Shown here one piece after another: positions 1 to 13,800 of a stretch of DNA of 64,000 nucleotides. The stretch comes from Lytechinus pictus (taxonomy: Eukaryota). The number at the start of each line of letters is the position of its first letter. The first letter of the stretch is position 1. The DNA is taken from assembly GCF_037042905.1 (NCBI RefSeq), contig NC_087250.1:13146001-13210000 (forward strand), given 5' to 3'. Position numbers and translations under genes: made by a program. The notes under the pieces are model-generated. The model ran no database searches. It was not told the DNA's origin and saw only the letters and a program-made list of their open reading frames with translations.

Positions 1-525
1 CCTTTATATGTGGGACCTTCATGAATTTTCTGTATCCGATTTGTTGTCCTTATAGCAGTTCGTAATGTTCTCAAAGGACCATGACTTTGTCAGTTTATGC
101 AGTGAAGTAAGACTTGAGAAAAATGGGGGTCGGACGTACGAAAAGGTTGATTATTTCATGGAATTGCCTAATAGAGTTTTTGGTCCAGAATAGTGCAAAG
201 ATAAGGATTATGGTTTATTAGCTTTGCTGGTTAAGTTTCAATGTCCATCGGAGCAATTGTCATGGAACTGATTCTACAACACAGAAACATCGGGCCCGTT
301 GCAGAGAAAAAATGTGATCAATCGCAACTCAAAGCATCAGTCCCAACTTGTATTTCAACCAATGAAACATTCGTAATAAGGAAATAAATTTCATTTATTC
401 ATCTATCGGACATCCCGTATACCAGGGACCCCGGAATAATTTTTCTTAAGTTTTAATACAGATGGGGGTGCTGGATTGTTAAAAGCAAAAAACACAAACA
501 AACAACAACACCCCCCCCCCCCAAA

Positions 526-557
<32 letters not shown>

Positions 558-891
558 TAAAGATATTCGGCTCAAATCTATACCTGTTTAGCATTCCACT
601 CTAATTTTCAGGGGTTCTTCAGATTACGGTCTACAACATACACATTACCCGCATATAAAAAGTATTCGGATGTTCCTCGGCAACTCAAGACCTCCTCTTC
701 CAAGTGCCGTGTGTTATAACTGCAAAATATTCTGAGAAATCCAATTTGATGTACAGGATAATAATTTAAAATTATATTTTCTCTTGTTCGCATTATCTGA
801 TTTTTAAGTGTACATGGTTCTAACAGCGTCTACCTACCTTGACAGTAAAGAGCATTATGGCATCTTCCTTGTGAACGATCGGGAACATTAA

Positions 892-1471
892 AGGACAAGT
901 CCACCCCAACAAAAAATTCATTTGAATAAGAAGAGAAAAGTCCAACAAGCATAACACTGAAAATTTCATCAAAATCGGATGTAAAATAAGAAAATTATGA
1001 CATTTTAAAATTTCGCTTAATTTCACAAAACAGTTATATGCACATCCTGGCTGGTATGCGAATGAGGGGACTATGACGTCATCCACTCATTATTTCTTTT
1101 GTATTGTATTATATGAAATATTCTCATTTTCTCCTCATTGTCAAGTGATACAACAATTAATTCCTCCCTGAAGATGTGGAATTAGCATTGTTTAATACTA
1201 TATGGTTCAGTCAAGTTGGTCCTTATTGTCAAATCTATAAAAAGTGAAATATTGTATAATTCAAACAATGAAAAACAAAAGAAATAGTGAGTGATGTACA
1301 CCATCGACCGACTCACCTGGTTGTGCATATCACTGTTTTGTGAAAAATAAGCGAAACTTTAAAATGTCATAACTTTCTTATTTTACATCCGATTTTGATG
1401 GAATTTTCAGTGTTATGCTAGTTTGATTGTTCTCTATTCAAGTCAGCATTTTCCTGGGGTGGACTTGACCT
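892..1471. mobile_element. Non-autonomous TTAA-TSD DNA transposon (Kolobok-like MITE), copy A
   Basis: TTAA|AGGACAAGTCCACCCC ... GGGGTGGACTTGACCT|TTAA with long imperfect TIRs; second copy at 19342-19931. Confidence 0.85.
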
Positions 1472-2834
1472 TTAACTAGTACAAGCAAGGTTTTTTTTTC
1501 ATCCCATCGAACCCCCCCCCCCCCCCCACACACAAAAAAAGATAAATATAGAATGCGAGATAGAGAGGGGACAGAGACTAAGAACTAGAGACAGGAAGAG
1601 CGAGAAAGAATGGAAAGGATGTTAGGAAAGACATACATTTCTGTAGGTTCATTGAAATGAGAGTAAATGAAACAGTATCAACAAACGCATGTGAATATGA
1701 TTATATGTTTATATACATGTATATATGGTTATTGACTTTTCCGTTTCGCCTCCATGGCCTATTGTTTATTGGAACAATGGTTTTTTCCAAGCACTTCCCC
1801 TCGCATAGCTCTAAAATGATGGTTGTCAATATTTTTAATATTCTCTTTATCTTGATCATGTAGATGATGAAGAATGCTTTGTAATTAAGGCATTTTAAGG
1901 CATAGCGACGAGTACTTGCCGAAGGTTAGCGCGTGCTGCACGCTCTTTTGTTACAAAAAGGCAAACAATCATTAGAATGATAACTCTGCGACCTCATTGC
2001 TATATATCCTTTGTTTTCCTCATCGTCAAAATGGTTGTTTTTGTTTGTGTGTGTATGTGTTCGTGGTTATCACGAACAAATTAACGTCTGATGTATCTAT
2101 TTAAGGGGGTGAAAGTGTGTGTGTTCGTGAGGAAGCGTGCGCGTGGGTGATGATGTGCAGTAGAGAGAATTGACAGTTACCCTGCGGTCTCAAAAGTAAC
2201 ACTTCTAGTTTGCCGCATTTACGAATAAGCCATCTTGGAGTAAAGGAGGTTCGTCCAGCACTTGTGGAAAAGTTCTATCTTATACATGTATACTTTCCTC
2301 AGCAAGTAATAGCTGAAGTGACGGTTTACAGTTGCGTAGACTGCAATTCAGACGCCTTTGGTTCGGCCAGGTGTTCTTTTCATCTGATCTGCAAACTGCT
2401 AACATTAGTTTGTTCTTAATATGGATGATGTTCTCAGTCTCCATACCACGTTAGCAAACATCAAATAGACAAAGTTGAGCTATTGACCTTCAAAAGGGAT
2501 CCCCCTCCCTGATCAAATATATTCTTACTTGTGGTTTTTATAGATAGTTGCCAGCAGAAGTATCATTCTTAACAGCTTTGTATCAAAACCAATCATAATT
2601 TTTTTCATCCTATTTCCACATGTTGGAGAGTCATTTATTACCGAGTAGTCCCGAAGTGACGATTTCCTCACATTGGATACCCATATTGCTTTTCGCCTGA
2701 AGGCGCGTTCCTCTAAACAAAAATTGTACATGTTAATGAAAATATTATTACATAACCTTCTTATTTCAATAATTGAGGAGGAACCACATACCATACACGT
2801 GGAAACATATCGCTAGAGTTACGGAGAGGTGAAC

Positions 2835-4990
2835 ATGATGGAAAAGTGCGTTGTTCTTCTAATCCTTGGAGTCACTTTCTTTGGAAAAGAACTGCAGGCA
2901 ATGGAGGGCCAGGAGCCTACCACAACTGCTAGACCAATTGACATGACTGATGGGCAAGTAAGTGGTACTGGACAAGGCTCATCAAATGGAACGACGTTCG
3001 GTGACCAGGGTACGGATAATGCTGAGACTGATAACCATGAAGGTGGCCAGACTAATGGCCAAACAGCGGAAGAGACAAACGATGGAGAGGGAGATCCGAC
3101 AGACGTCCATACTGCTCAAACTAACGACCAAGCTGGTAATCAGACAAGTGACCAAGCAGTTAGTCAGACAGGTGACCAAGCAGGTAGTCAGACAGATGAC
3201 CAAACGGGGGAAGGGAGTGGTGACCAAATGGATGGCCCAACGGGTGACACTACAGATGACCAAACTGGTGATCAAACAAATGACCAAACGGGCGACAAAA
3301 CTGGTGACCAAACTGGGGACCAAATGGGTGATCAAATTGGGGACCAAACTGGTAATCGAACGAGGGACCAAACTGGTGTCGAAACGGATAGCCAAGCTGT
3401 TAACCAAACGAATGGTCAATTGGGTGACAAAACTGGTGATCAAACTGGCGACCAAACTGGTGATCAAACGGATGGTCAAACAGAAGACCAAACGGGTGAC
3501 AAAACTGGTTATCAAACCGGTAACCATACTGATAACCCAGCAAATAATCAAACTGGTTACAATACAGATGGCCAAGCGGGTGAACAAACAGGTGACCAAA
3601 CTACTGACCATACTGGTGATCAAACAGGTGGCCTAACGGGTGATCAAGCAGATGGCCAAATTGGTAACAAAACAGATGGCCAAACTGGTGACCAAAGAGA
3701 AGGCCAGCATAGTGATCAAACAGATGAACAAACGGGCGAACAAGCCGATGAACAAACTGGTGACCAAAGCCGTGACGAATCTGTTGATCCAGCAGATGAC
3801 CAAACATCTGATCAAACTGGTGACCAAACAGATTTACATACGGGTGACCAAACAGAAGGCCAAACGGGTAATAAAACAGGAGGCCAAACGGCTGACCAAA
3901 GTGGGAACCAAACAGAAGTCCATAAAGGTGACCGAACGGGTAACCAAACAGATGATCAAACTGATGATGACCATACATATTTCCAAACGGGTAACCAAAC
4001 AAATAGCCCAATGGGTGACAAAACAGGTGGTCAAACGGGTGACCAAACGGATGACCAAACTGGGGACCATACAGGTGACCAAACAGGGGACAAATCGGCT
4101 AACCAAACAGATAGCCAAACGGGTGATCAAGCACATGATGAAACTGGTAATCCAGCAGATGACCAAACAGCCGACCAAACTGGTGATCAAACAGGTGGCC
4201 AAACTGGCGACCAAACAGATGACCGAACTGGTGGCGAAACAGATGACCAAACGGGTGAACAAACAGACGACTACATTAATGACAAACCAGATGTGCAAAG
4301 TGGTAACAAAACTGGCGATGGGACTGGTGACCAAAACGATGAACAAATAAACGGCCAAGCAGGCGACCAAACGGATGGCCAGGCTGGGGAAACAACACAT
4401 GACCAAAATGAGGATGATACCACAGCCCAAGAAGGTGAACAAAGAGATGGTCAGGAAGGTGAGCAAGTAGAAGAAGAGACTGGTGAAGAGACTGGTGATG
4501 GCACTAATCCCGAAACAGTGGGCCAGGACAATGATAAACCAGATGACCATATGGGTGGCGAAACCGGGGATAGAGAAGACGATTTAGACAATGGACAAGA
4601 ACATGACAATGTCAACGAGGAAACGGCCGATAAAACAAATAACGAATTCCGATGACCAAGGAAACGGTCACACTGAAGATCAAGGAGATCGCGACGGTGA
4701 ACAAGCCGATTATCAAACTCATGATCAGACAGATGAAGAGGAACGGGATGATGAGAACGTCCAAACAGGAGACCAAACGGATGACGAGGCCGATGGACAG
4801 GCAGGGGACGGAAAGAAAGATGAGGAACAGGGAGATGGTGATGACCCAAAGGATGAACAAACAAATGATCAGACAGATGACCAACAAGACGAAGGAGTAA
4901 ACACGGAAACTGGTGATCAGAGCCATACCCATGAAAATATAACTGAAAGTCACAATGGCGACGAAGATTTCGAGGACAAGTCTGGTCCCC
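2835..4990 (+). CDS. Exon 1: signal peptide plus acidic D/Q/T/G repeat region, with a +1 frameshift at ~4647
   Basis: AACATGATGG start; MMEKCVVLLILGVTFFGKELQA signal peptide. Frame closes at TGA 4653-4655, but the same repeat vocabulary continues in the +1 frame to the donor C|GTAAGT at 4990/4991. Confidence 0.85.
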
Positions 4991-5872
4991 GTAAGTAATT
5001 GCTACTTAATATATGTTTGTTACTTCTTGAAAACAAGCTACGATTGTACGGATTGTATGTGCGCATTTTTATTAATTATGATTTTTAAGCATAAATTTGG
5101 ATGCTATCTGATGTCAGATACTTCATGCGCTAAATAAGATTAAAAAGGAAGTGAACTGCTCATTCATTCAAACACTTGGCGAACTACAACAGATTAGGTG
5201 CACAAAATATAAAATAAGTAAGCCATTATCTTACGAGTTTAGAAACTCCATGTTTGCATAAGTAGGCTACGGGCATATATGAATCTTTTACAGCTATCCT
5301 CAAGGAAATGAGGGAATACCCTCGATCGCAATGCTCTCTGAAATTATCTGAATTATATTGATTTTGAGGCAAAGCAAATTGACGGTTAAAATCAAGAATA
5401 GGTTCAAGTATATTGGATAGAGTTATGAGAGATGAGAGAGGGGGGCTTTGACTATGGTTATTTTTGGTTATCATGGCTTTAATGCTTCGTTAAAATGGCG
5501 ACACTCGGTTATCATGGTTATACGCTTTGTTAATATGGCGAAAGTGTCCAAAAACATTATACTCCCCTTTTTTTTTTATCTTTGCTTACAGCATTGATTT
5601 AATAGAATTCAATTCATTTTTCTAGCTTTGATATCAAACTTTTCCCATGATACACTGCGGGTTGGTAGGGGAAATAATTCATCCGACGATTTGCCACTTT
5701 TGCACTTTTATTTTCCAAATTGGACAATGTTATTTTTCTTACATCTTTTTATTATCATAATTCACATACTCATTGAAATATATATATATTTCAAATGTAT
5801 GATTTCCACTACTACTAAAATAATTAATTCGTTATATGGTTTCATGACGCATATGGATATATATGGATATAT

Positions 5873-5915
<43 letters not shown>

Positions 5916-7773
5916 ATTATATATATATATCAAGATTGGTATGGGAATGAAAAGATTCAATCTGTATCTTCCCAATGCCCCAACTTTTAGGACAACGCAT
6001 AGCTTTATACCGATTCATGGGAATTCAAAAGAAAAAAGAAGAATAAAAAGAGACTGCAGTCAACACGAACTACAACGGTCAAATCGCAATCGGCTACTGC
6101 AATTTCCAGTGACTGTGTGATATCTTACATCAATTATATGCCAGTACTTGCAGTGGGAATAGATGAACAGCGTGATGATAGTAGAATTGTATTTCTGACT
6201 TCTCATGCTTTTCTTTTTTTATTTCCTCATCGCGGTCGTGTCAATATTGCCAAAACCAATAATACCATGGTTACGTGTAAACAACGAGCAGGAAATCGAT
6301 GCTCGCTTGATGTGTGACGAGATTGATCGCGAATGGAAAATTAACCCATTTTATTAATATCAGTATTGTTTCCATATATGCACAATAAGACGAGAATTAT
6401 ACGTTTAAAAGTCCTTCAAATCTTAAGGATATAACATTATATATATTGATAGTAAGTTTATATGGTAAATGATCCAATTGCTTTTTGTTTGTTTTTTATT
6501 GATCCTTTCTTTCTGTTTTTTTTTTTCCAATGGAAATCTTAGGGATGTGAATTATTATTGCTCACATATTGACTTCTAGATTTGTATTGATAAACAAGCA
6601 TATAATGAGAAAAAAATGACACAACAAAGGAAAGTTTAAATTCAGCCTACCAACCAACTAGATGAAAAGATTTGAGAAGCAGACAGAGTCCCAGACACGG
6701 TATATGAATTCCTAAAATGATATAGAAATTTGAGGTTTAGAAATATTGTTCATATCCTGAAACAATGCAATATTATGCATATCCTACATTATATGGATTA
6801 CTTTTGCTTAATTTAGCACGTTTATTGTGAATGGGATCAATAATGAATTCGGTAGTCGGTAGTGCGGGTTATAGTGAAGAGGGAATTCAGAGCATAGGCG
6901 GCGGAAGCGGGGGGGGGGGGACGGGGGGACGTGTCCCCCCCTAAATTTTAGGTGGGGGGACGAACCCCCTCCCTCAATTTTTTGTTGATTACCTTTTTTT
7001 TTTTTTTTTTTTTTTGCTTGTCAATTTTTTTTCTGCGTCCCCCCTAAAATTTTTGGTTGATAACCTTTTTTTTTTTTGTGCTTGTCAATTTTTTTTTGTG
7101 GTCCCCCCCCCCTAAAATTTTTGGCTTCCGCCGCCAATGATTCAGAGTACCTATACAAGGAATGTTAACTTATCAACTACTGGATTCTTCACATAAGTTT
7201 TCTACAGGGCAGATTTGGTTCCATTTATGTATGGATTAATAACAACTGTATATTGGTAGTAAGGATGCCCCTCAAATGATTGACTTTTAGTCATTTATTG
7301 TAGCAAAAAGAGAGAATCCGAATGATTCGTATTATTGACTAGTTCATGTTATTGAGGTGATGACGGTTTATCAGATAAAACGATCCAAATCGCTATCTTA
7401 TAAACGATGTCTAATACACTTCATTTTGACCTGGCATTCGAATAATTGCATTGCACCAATTATTACATTTAAAGCTTACCAAAAACAGATCTATCCCAAA
7501 GATACCGCATTCGTGTAATTATTGCCCATGTGTATTATTTGTAGCAAAATCATGATGCTATTATTGCCCCCATTGTCCCAAGAATGATCAATTATGTATG
7601 ACCAATGCCGTTCCCCTGTGTATGGAAAGAAGGCGTGCGACATCAGGTTATTGTTTGAAAATGCAAGGTTCGTGCAGCAATATTATATGTAAGAGTCAAA
7701 TAATAGTACCTTTTTATCATTTTCTCCCTGTCCTTGATTTTCTTTTTTTTTCTTATAATTTATGCTTTATTTC

Positions 7774-7804
<31 letters not shown>

Positions 7805-10800
7805 GAAAAAAATGGATGAAGAGAACAATGGTAGGCGTAGCTTAAATCAAGGTTCCCCAGAGCTATCTGCCCTTTATCTGCCCTATATATATATATATAA
7901 TCTTCCTGTTTTGTTTACTCTTTCTTTCTCTCTTTATTTTTAATCTTGAATTGTTTCCCTTAAGTCTCATGGTAGTCGTTTTCCTCGGTTGTTTATTGCA
8001 TACCTCGGTTTACCCCTAAACATGTATTTCGAACGGAGTAACTCTGCATATTCCCTTTTTACAATTTATTTTCAATACCGTATGCTAATGAAGTGAAATA
8101 AGAATACTAGTTGCTTGTGTGTAAAATATGGACTTTTTTATATATTCAAATCAACGTGCGTTTATACGATACCCCTATGATTATGTAGTTCGTGGATCTA
8201 GACGTCCAAGTTAAGCATATAATCTTACTTGTGCATTACATGGACTGTCATAAAAGTATTTTTCGAAATTTAATCACATGATGTCCCACCGAGATTTAAG
8301 TATTACAAAAAAAGAAAGACATTTACATTGTCCGTTGCGTTGATATACAGAGCATTTTTTTTTTAATAAATGCACAGGGGATACATGGACCCGTTCTGTC
8401 ACTTACCTTCTCGTTTCCTTTTTACGTTTTCTTTTCTTTAAAAGCGGCCACCTCTCCTCGGTGGCCGCTAGATGTGTTTCCCTCTGGTGGCATTAATAGA
8501 CAGGTTTTTATATACGGTATGATATCATGATTGAATGCGGTCATTATGATAATGTGAGTAAAATAATAAATACATGTGTATATATATGCAATATTTAGAT
8601 TATTCTACACAGTAAAACACTAAATAAATTTGTCATCCAACATTGTTTTATAATGAACCTTATATTTGTTTGTTAAAAGTTTTAACAAGTGTTTAAAATC
8701 TTAAAACAACAAAAAAAATTTTATAAAATTAGATTCTCAATAAATTGAGAGTGGTTGTTCAAACTGTTAAACAGCTGCAGTAAGGTTCATATACTAAAAC
8801 AGCGAATTTACTGTGTATAGTCTCTGGCTGAACTTCCTTTTGCAGTATATCGACTTCCAGGACTTGTCTTGGATGAACATATGTTCACACTCTCCTATGA
8901 AGAGGAATGTACCCCATTCAGACTCACTTACACGATTCCCCTGTCGCAAGAGGGCGCCCGACAAACCGATGGGACTGATGAGGAGGAAGATGATGCTGAA
9001 AGCGAAAGGGGAGGCGATGGTGAAACTAGGGAGGTGATTACCTACGACGATTTCGGTGCGTTCAGACGGGGGGAGCAATCACTGCCGGAGATGCCATCTC
9101 TGCTCAATGGGAAACAAGGTAATTTAATACAGTTTCGTCTTTATTACTTATAACCCCTCTAGGTTGCCGTCAAATATTCGAATTTGTCTCCATGATCATT
9201 TCGGTTTATTTTTCGATTGGTCTAATGCCAATTCGTCCATTATCCAACTCCTCCACTATCATTTCGTTTACAATCGGTTCGTCCACTCTCCATATGATCT
9301 CACTGCTATTTCGTTCACTCACCCTTTCGTCTAATAACCAGTTTGTCCAATAGCCTTATTAGTCGAAATGGTCATAGACGAACTGGTGATTAGACGAAGT
9401 GATGATTGGACCAAAAGGTGATCGGACCAAATTGTTGTTAGGCGAAATGTTGATGGACGGAATGGCATTAAACTAAATGAAGGTAGACCATGTGATTTGA
9501 TTTTGATTTGATTTGATTTATTTATTTCCGTTTCACAATTGTACATAATATGATAAACATAACATAACAAGGTCGAAAATACTACAAGACAAAATATAAT
9601 ATATATATGATGAGTGGACGATTTCCAATAGACGAATTGGCAATTAACTCTCATTCCTACAGTTTATTAGCCCAGAGATAACAAATATGCTTTACCATTT
9701 TAACCCCTTTATACTAGAATTATACTAAACGAAACCGATCCCAAACCGACCGATGGGAGGCCATAGGAAGAACTTAATAGATTTGTTCGGTTTTCTTGGC
9801 ATATTCTACTTTCATAAAATGCTCTCCTTTTTTTATCAACGTCCACAATGCCCTACTGGAAAGAACACACTGGCCCGTATTCTGAAGTCTGGTTTAACTT
9901 AAACTCAGGTTAAAAGTTGTGGTTTAAGTATGGATAGCCAATTGTTACATAAATCACTAACAGCAGAGATATCATATTTCAGCTCTCTTGCCTCTAAAAT
10001 CATTCATAATTGTCTAGGAAGTATAAATAGATGATTGTCTCTCCATCAATGAATCAGGAAAGAGCACAGTAAATATAAGAAACATACAACTTCATAACAA
10101 AATTTGACACTTTCGGCTTCCCATAATTTTAGCACAAAGTTAACACCATGGTCTAAGTTAAACCTGACTTTAGAATATGGGCCACTGTCTCAAAGGTTGG
10201 GCCACAGTGTGTTCACAATGGCCCATATTCTGAAGTCAGGTTTAACTTAGACCATGGTCTAAGTCTGTGATAAATTATGGAAAGCCAAACATGTCAAAAT
10301 TTTCCTTACATTACATGTTTCTTATGCTTATTGTGCTCTTTCCTAACTCATGAATGGTGAAGAAAGTTATCTTATTTATCTTTCCGAAACAGTTAAGAAT
10401 GATTTCAGCGAAAAATGAGCTGATACATTTATTTTATATTGTTAGAGATTTACTCAACTATTGGCTGTCCATAGTTATACCACGACTTTAAACCAGAGTT
10501 GAAATTAAACCCGACTACAGAATACGGGCCGGTGTATCGACCACAATGTGAGATCCCGTTTAGACTGTTACATTTGACATAGTCACACTGCAGGTGTCCA
10601 CAGAGTGAATATATCTACACACTGTTGTATTTAGGCATTTAAACTGTGATAATAGTTTCATACAGTCAAAGTGACATGACAGAAAATTCTTTATAAGGTT
10701 CCGTGTACACAAGTGTTTAATTTTTTTTTTTAATGAAAATAAATGTATCATTTGCTTTTTTGGGGTTATATTAGACTATCTGGCCCAGATTTCGATGTCA

Positions 10801-13800
10801 GGTTTAACTTAAAGGTATTGTTTAACTTTGTGAGCAGCCGATTAAAAAAATTATCAAACCAAGATGAAACATGTGTACAAGTGCATGTATTAGAACTAAT
10901 AAACCCTGAAAACAACCATTATTGAGAATGAAAAGCTAAAACTACAAGGCAAACCCCGATTTTGTAAATAAGCGTCTTATAGACGCCTAAATAGTACACA
11001 TAAGTGTATGGGATGAAATTAAGATGGTGTTTTCGGTCACTTTATATTTCAATTTTTGAAGCACTAAATAATTATTTTCGAACGCAATTTTTTCTGGGCT
11101 TCATTTTTTGTAACATATCACAGACACAGGTGACAAGTGTGACCTTCTAGCTCAGATTTTTAAAAAGTCAAACCAATGTTAACCAATCACTTTAATAGAC
11201 CATGGTCTTTGTGCTAAAATTATAGAAAGCCAAACATGTCAAAATTGTGTTTACATTGAATGCTTCTAACGTTCATTTTGTTCTTTAATGATTCTTTATT
11301 CTTCCCAGACAGTTTAAGGATGATTTCAGAGACGAATGGGCTGATCCATTCAATTTCTACTGTTATAGATTTATGTATTACAATTGGCTGTCCATAGTTA
11401 AACCACAACTGTAAACCAGAATTTTAAGTTAAACCTGACTTCAGAATACGGGCCGCTGTGTAGTCTGCTGTGCAAACCCTTCACCTATTTACTCAAGTTA
11501 AGGGTCTGATGAATGACATGTGCAGCCTACTCATGCCTTGTGTACTAAAAGCCTCTCTAGTCTTTGCGTGGAAGCACACTAATTGTTGATCAAAGTTCCA
11601 ATCATAGTCTGTGCCTGCAGCCTAGCCACTGTGTCCCATTCAACATGTTCAAGGGTGTATGTAAAAGTGAGTTCTATCCCTTGCTCTTGTTAACAGCCAA
11701 CCTGGCCAAAGGAAGTAGCAATATGATCAGAATCGACAACTCGAATTTTACCACCGACAGACAACTTGTGATTTCTGGGAGATTATGTGGATTGGGATCG
11801 AGGTTGCTGTTGTTGTGCCCAACCATTGATGGTCGCTCCAGAATTCGCACCGATGATGCACCTTCGGGCAAATGCCACAACGTTTCAGTATACGTCGAGG
11901 CTCCCACCATTTCCAGCGCTCGATTGAGCAATGAAGGTAAATTAGTAATTTTTTTTTAAAGTTGTTACTGAAGCTCGATGCTTCCGTAAGCTGTGTCTTA
12001 GTTGGAACAATCATCGCATGTTCAAAAGGTGTTTTCCCCGCTTAAAAAGTTTAAAAAGTTGCAGCAACGATTAAAATAAACCTGTAGTTAACGCATTTTC
12101 CCCCTTTATTGGAGGACTACATATGAATATATATAATTTATCCTCTTTTTTTTTTGCAACAATTACCGCATGTTCCAAAGGTGTCGTCTCCCTTAAAAAA
12201 AACCAAAATAGATAGGTTGCAGTAAGGATTACAGTAAACATTAAACCAGTAGTAATATTAATAGTATAAGTATAATTTCTCATTATTCAATTATGGCACC
12301 ACCACCTCGTACATTCCATATTCATGAAGACATGCACATAACTGTTTCATCGAAATAAATGCAGAACTTGAAAACGTCGTATTTTTTTATTCCTTGTCCG
12401 ACTTGGATGAGTTTTTCAGCGATTCGTTCTTCTGATTCAAAGGGAATGCTCAAATGACATTTAGTTCAACCAGGAGAACCCCTTTAACAATATTACAAGC
12501 TTATACCAAAACCAAAATTAGTATTCCAGCTCTCTATTAAGAAGACAAAATTAGTCGTATCAATATCATTTTTTTGTATAACATCACGAGTCGGTGTCAT
12601 ATATATAATGCCATGAACTGTACGTGGAACTTGAAACAAAAGTTCCGGCAAAGGTTACATGATCCTGTACCTTTCATAAATAATCTTAATCAAATACACA
12701 TTTTTGCTGCAATTCTACAATTGATAAATCAAAGTAAGCTATAGCAAATCGCTCTACATTCCTTATGGTAAGTGGCAGATCACCATTTGATTTGGGGCCC
12801 CCAAATAAAATTTGCAATCAATCAAAAGTTTATACCGACAAGTACAACCCAGTAGACTTAGCTGGACGCTGCTATTTCAAGTTTTGCACGTGGCAATGTG
12901 TTATGATGTGTTTGTGTGTGGATGGATGCGTGTGCGCGCTTGTGTGATTATGTTCTATGTTTTTTTATTTTTGTTAAATATTGAATATTCGGGGTTTTCA
13001 CGCTCAGATTTTGCGTGTGAGGGTTCGCCTATGCATGAGCGTGTGCTTGTGCGTGCCATTATACTGCATTGATTTTGCTATTTCGTCGCTGCCTTTTATA
13101 TATATTTTATTTTGTAATATTTCAGGCGATGGAATCATCATCTTTTTCAATAAGAATGTGGCTATCAAAGATCTTCGGAAGTGTTCGAGTATTTTCGACG
13201 AATCTACCATCAATCAGTTGGGTGAAAACGCTGTGTGCAAATGGAAAGACGGAAAGAACTTGATTGTGGGTCTGGGGTGTGATACGAGCATCACCACAGG
13301 TAAGTAAATAACATCTGCAATATCCTCATGTTTCGCTCCGTCTAATCCCACTTGGTCTATTGTTACTTCGTCAAAAACTACACTGCAAAAACTCCTGTGT
13401 TGATTTAACACCAGCCCGGAATCTATATATATACATGATGATATATGTCCAAACCAGAAAAGTATTGAAACAACACCAGTTTGGAATCGAACCGATGCTG
13501 TTTTAATTCTAATTGGTGTTGTATAAACACCTATCTGGTGTTAGACCGAAACGAAACTGGCGTTTAACACTTCTCTGGTGTGGACATATATAGATTCCGG
13601 ACTGGTGTTAAATCAACACTTCTTCTGGGGCCTGTTGCAGAAAGAGTTGTGTCTAAACGCAAGTCAAAATATCAAGCGCAAGTCCCGAATGCGGGTGCTT
13701 CATAGGCTAAAAATCAAATTGCGCAAGATATTTTGAGTTGCGTTTGATCACAACTCTTCCTGCAACGGGCCCCTGGTAACCAAGTGGTCAAGTTGCCCTT

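Noticed and set aside
403..2794. Short ORFs upstream of the gene and similar 60-130-aa intronic ORFs
   Set aside because: Low-complexity or MITE-derived, with no domains or splice support.
2962..4953. Long alternative-frame and antisense ORFs over exon 1 (VTK/LVT-rich)
   Set aside because: Shadow ORFs caused by a stop-poor 12-bp repeat; no independent support.
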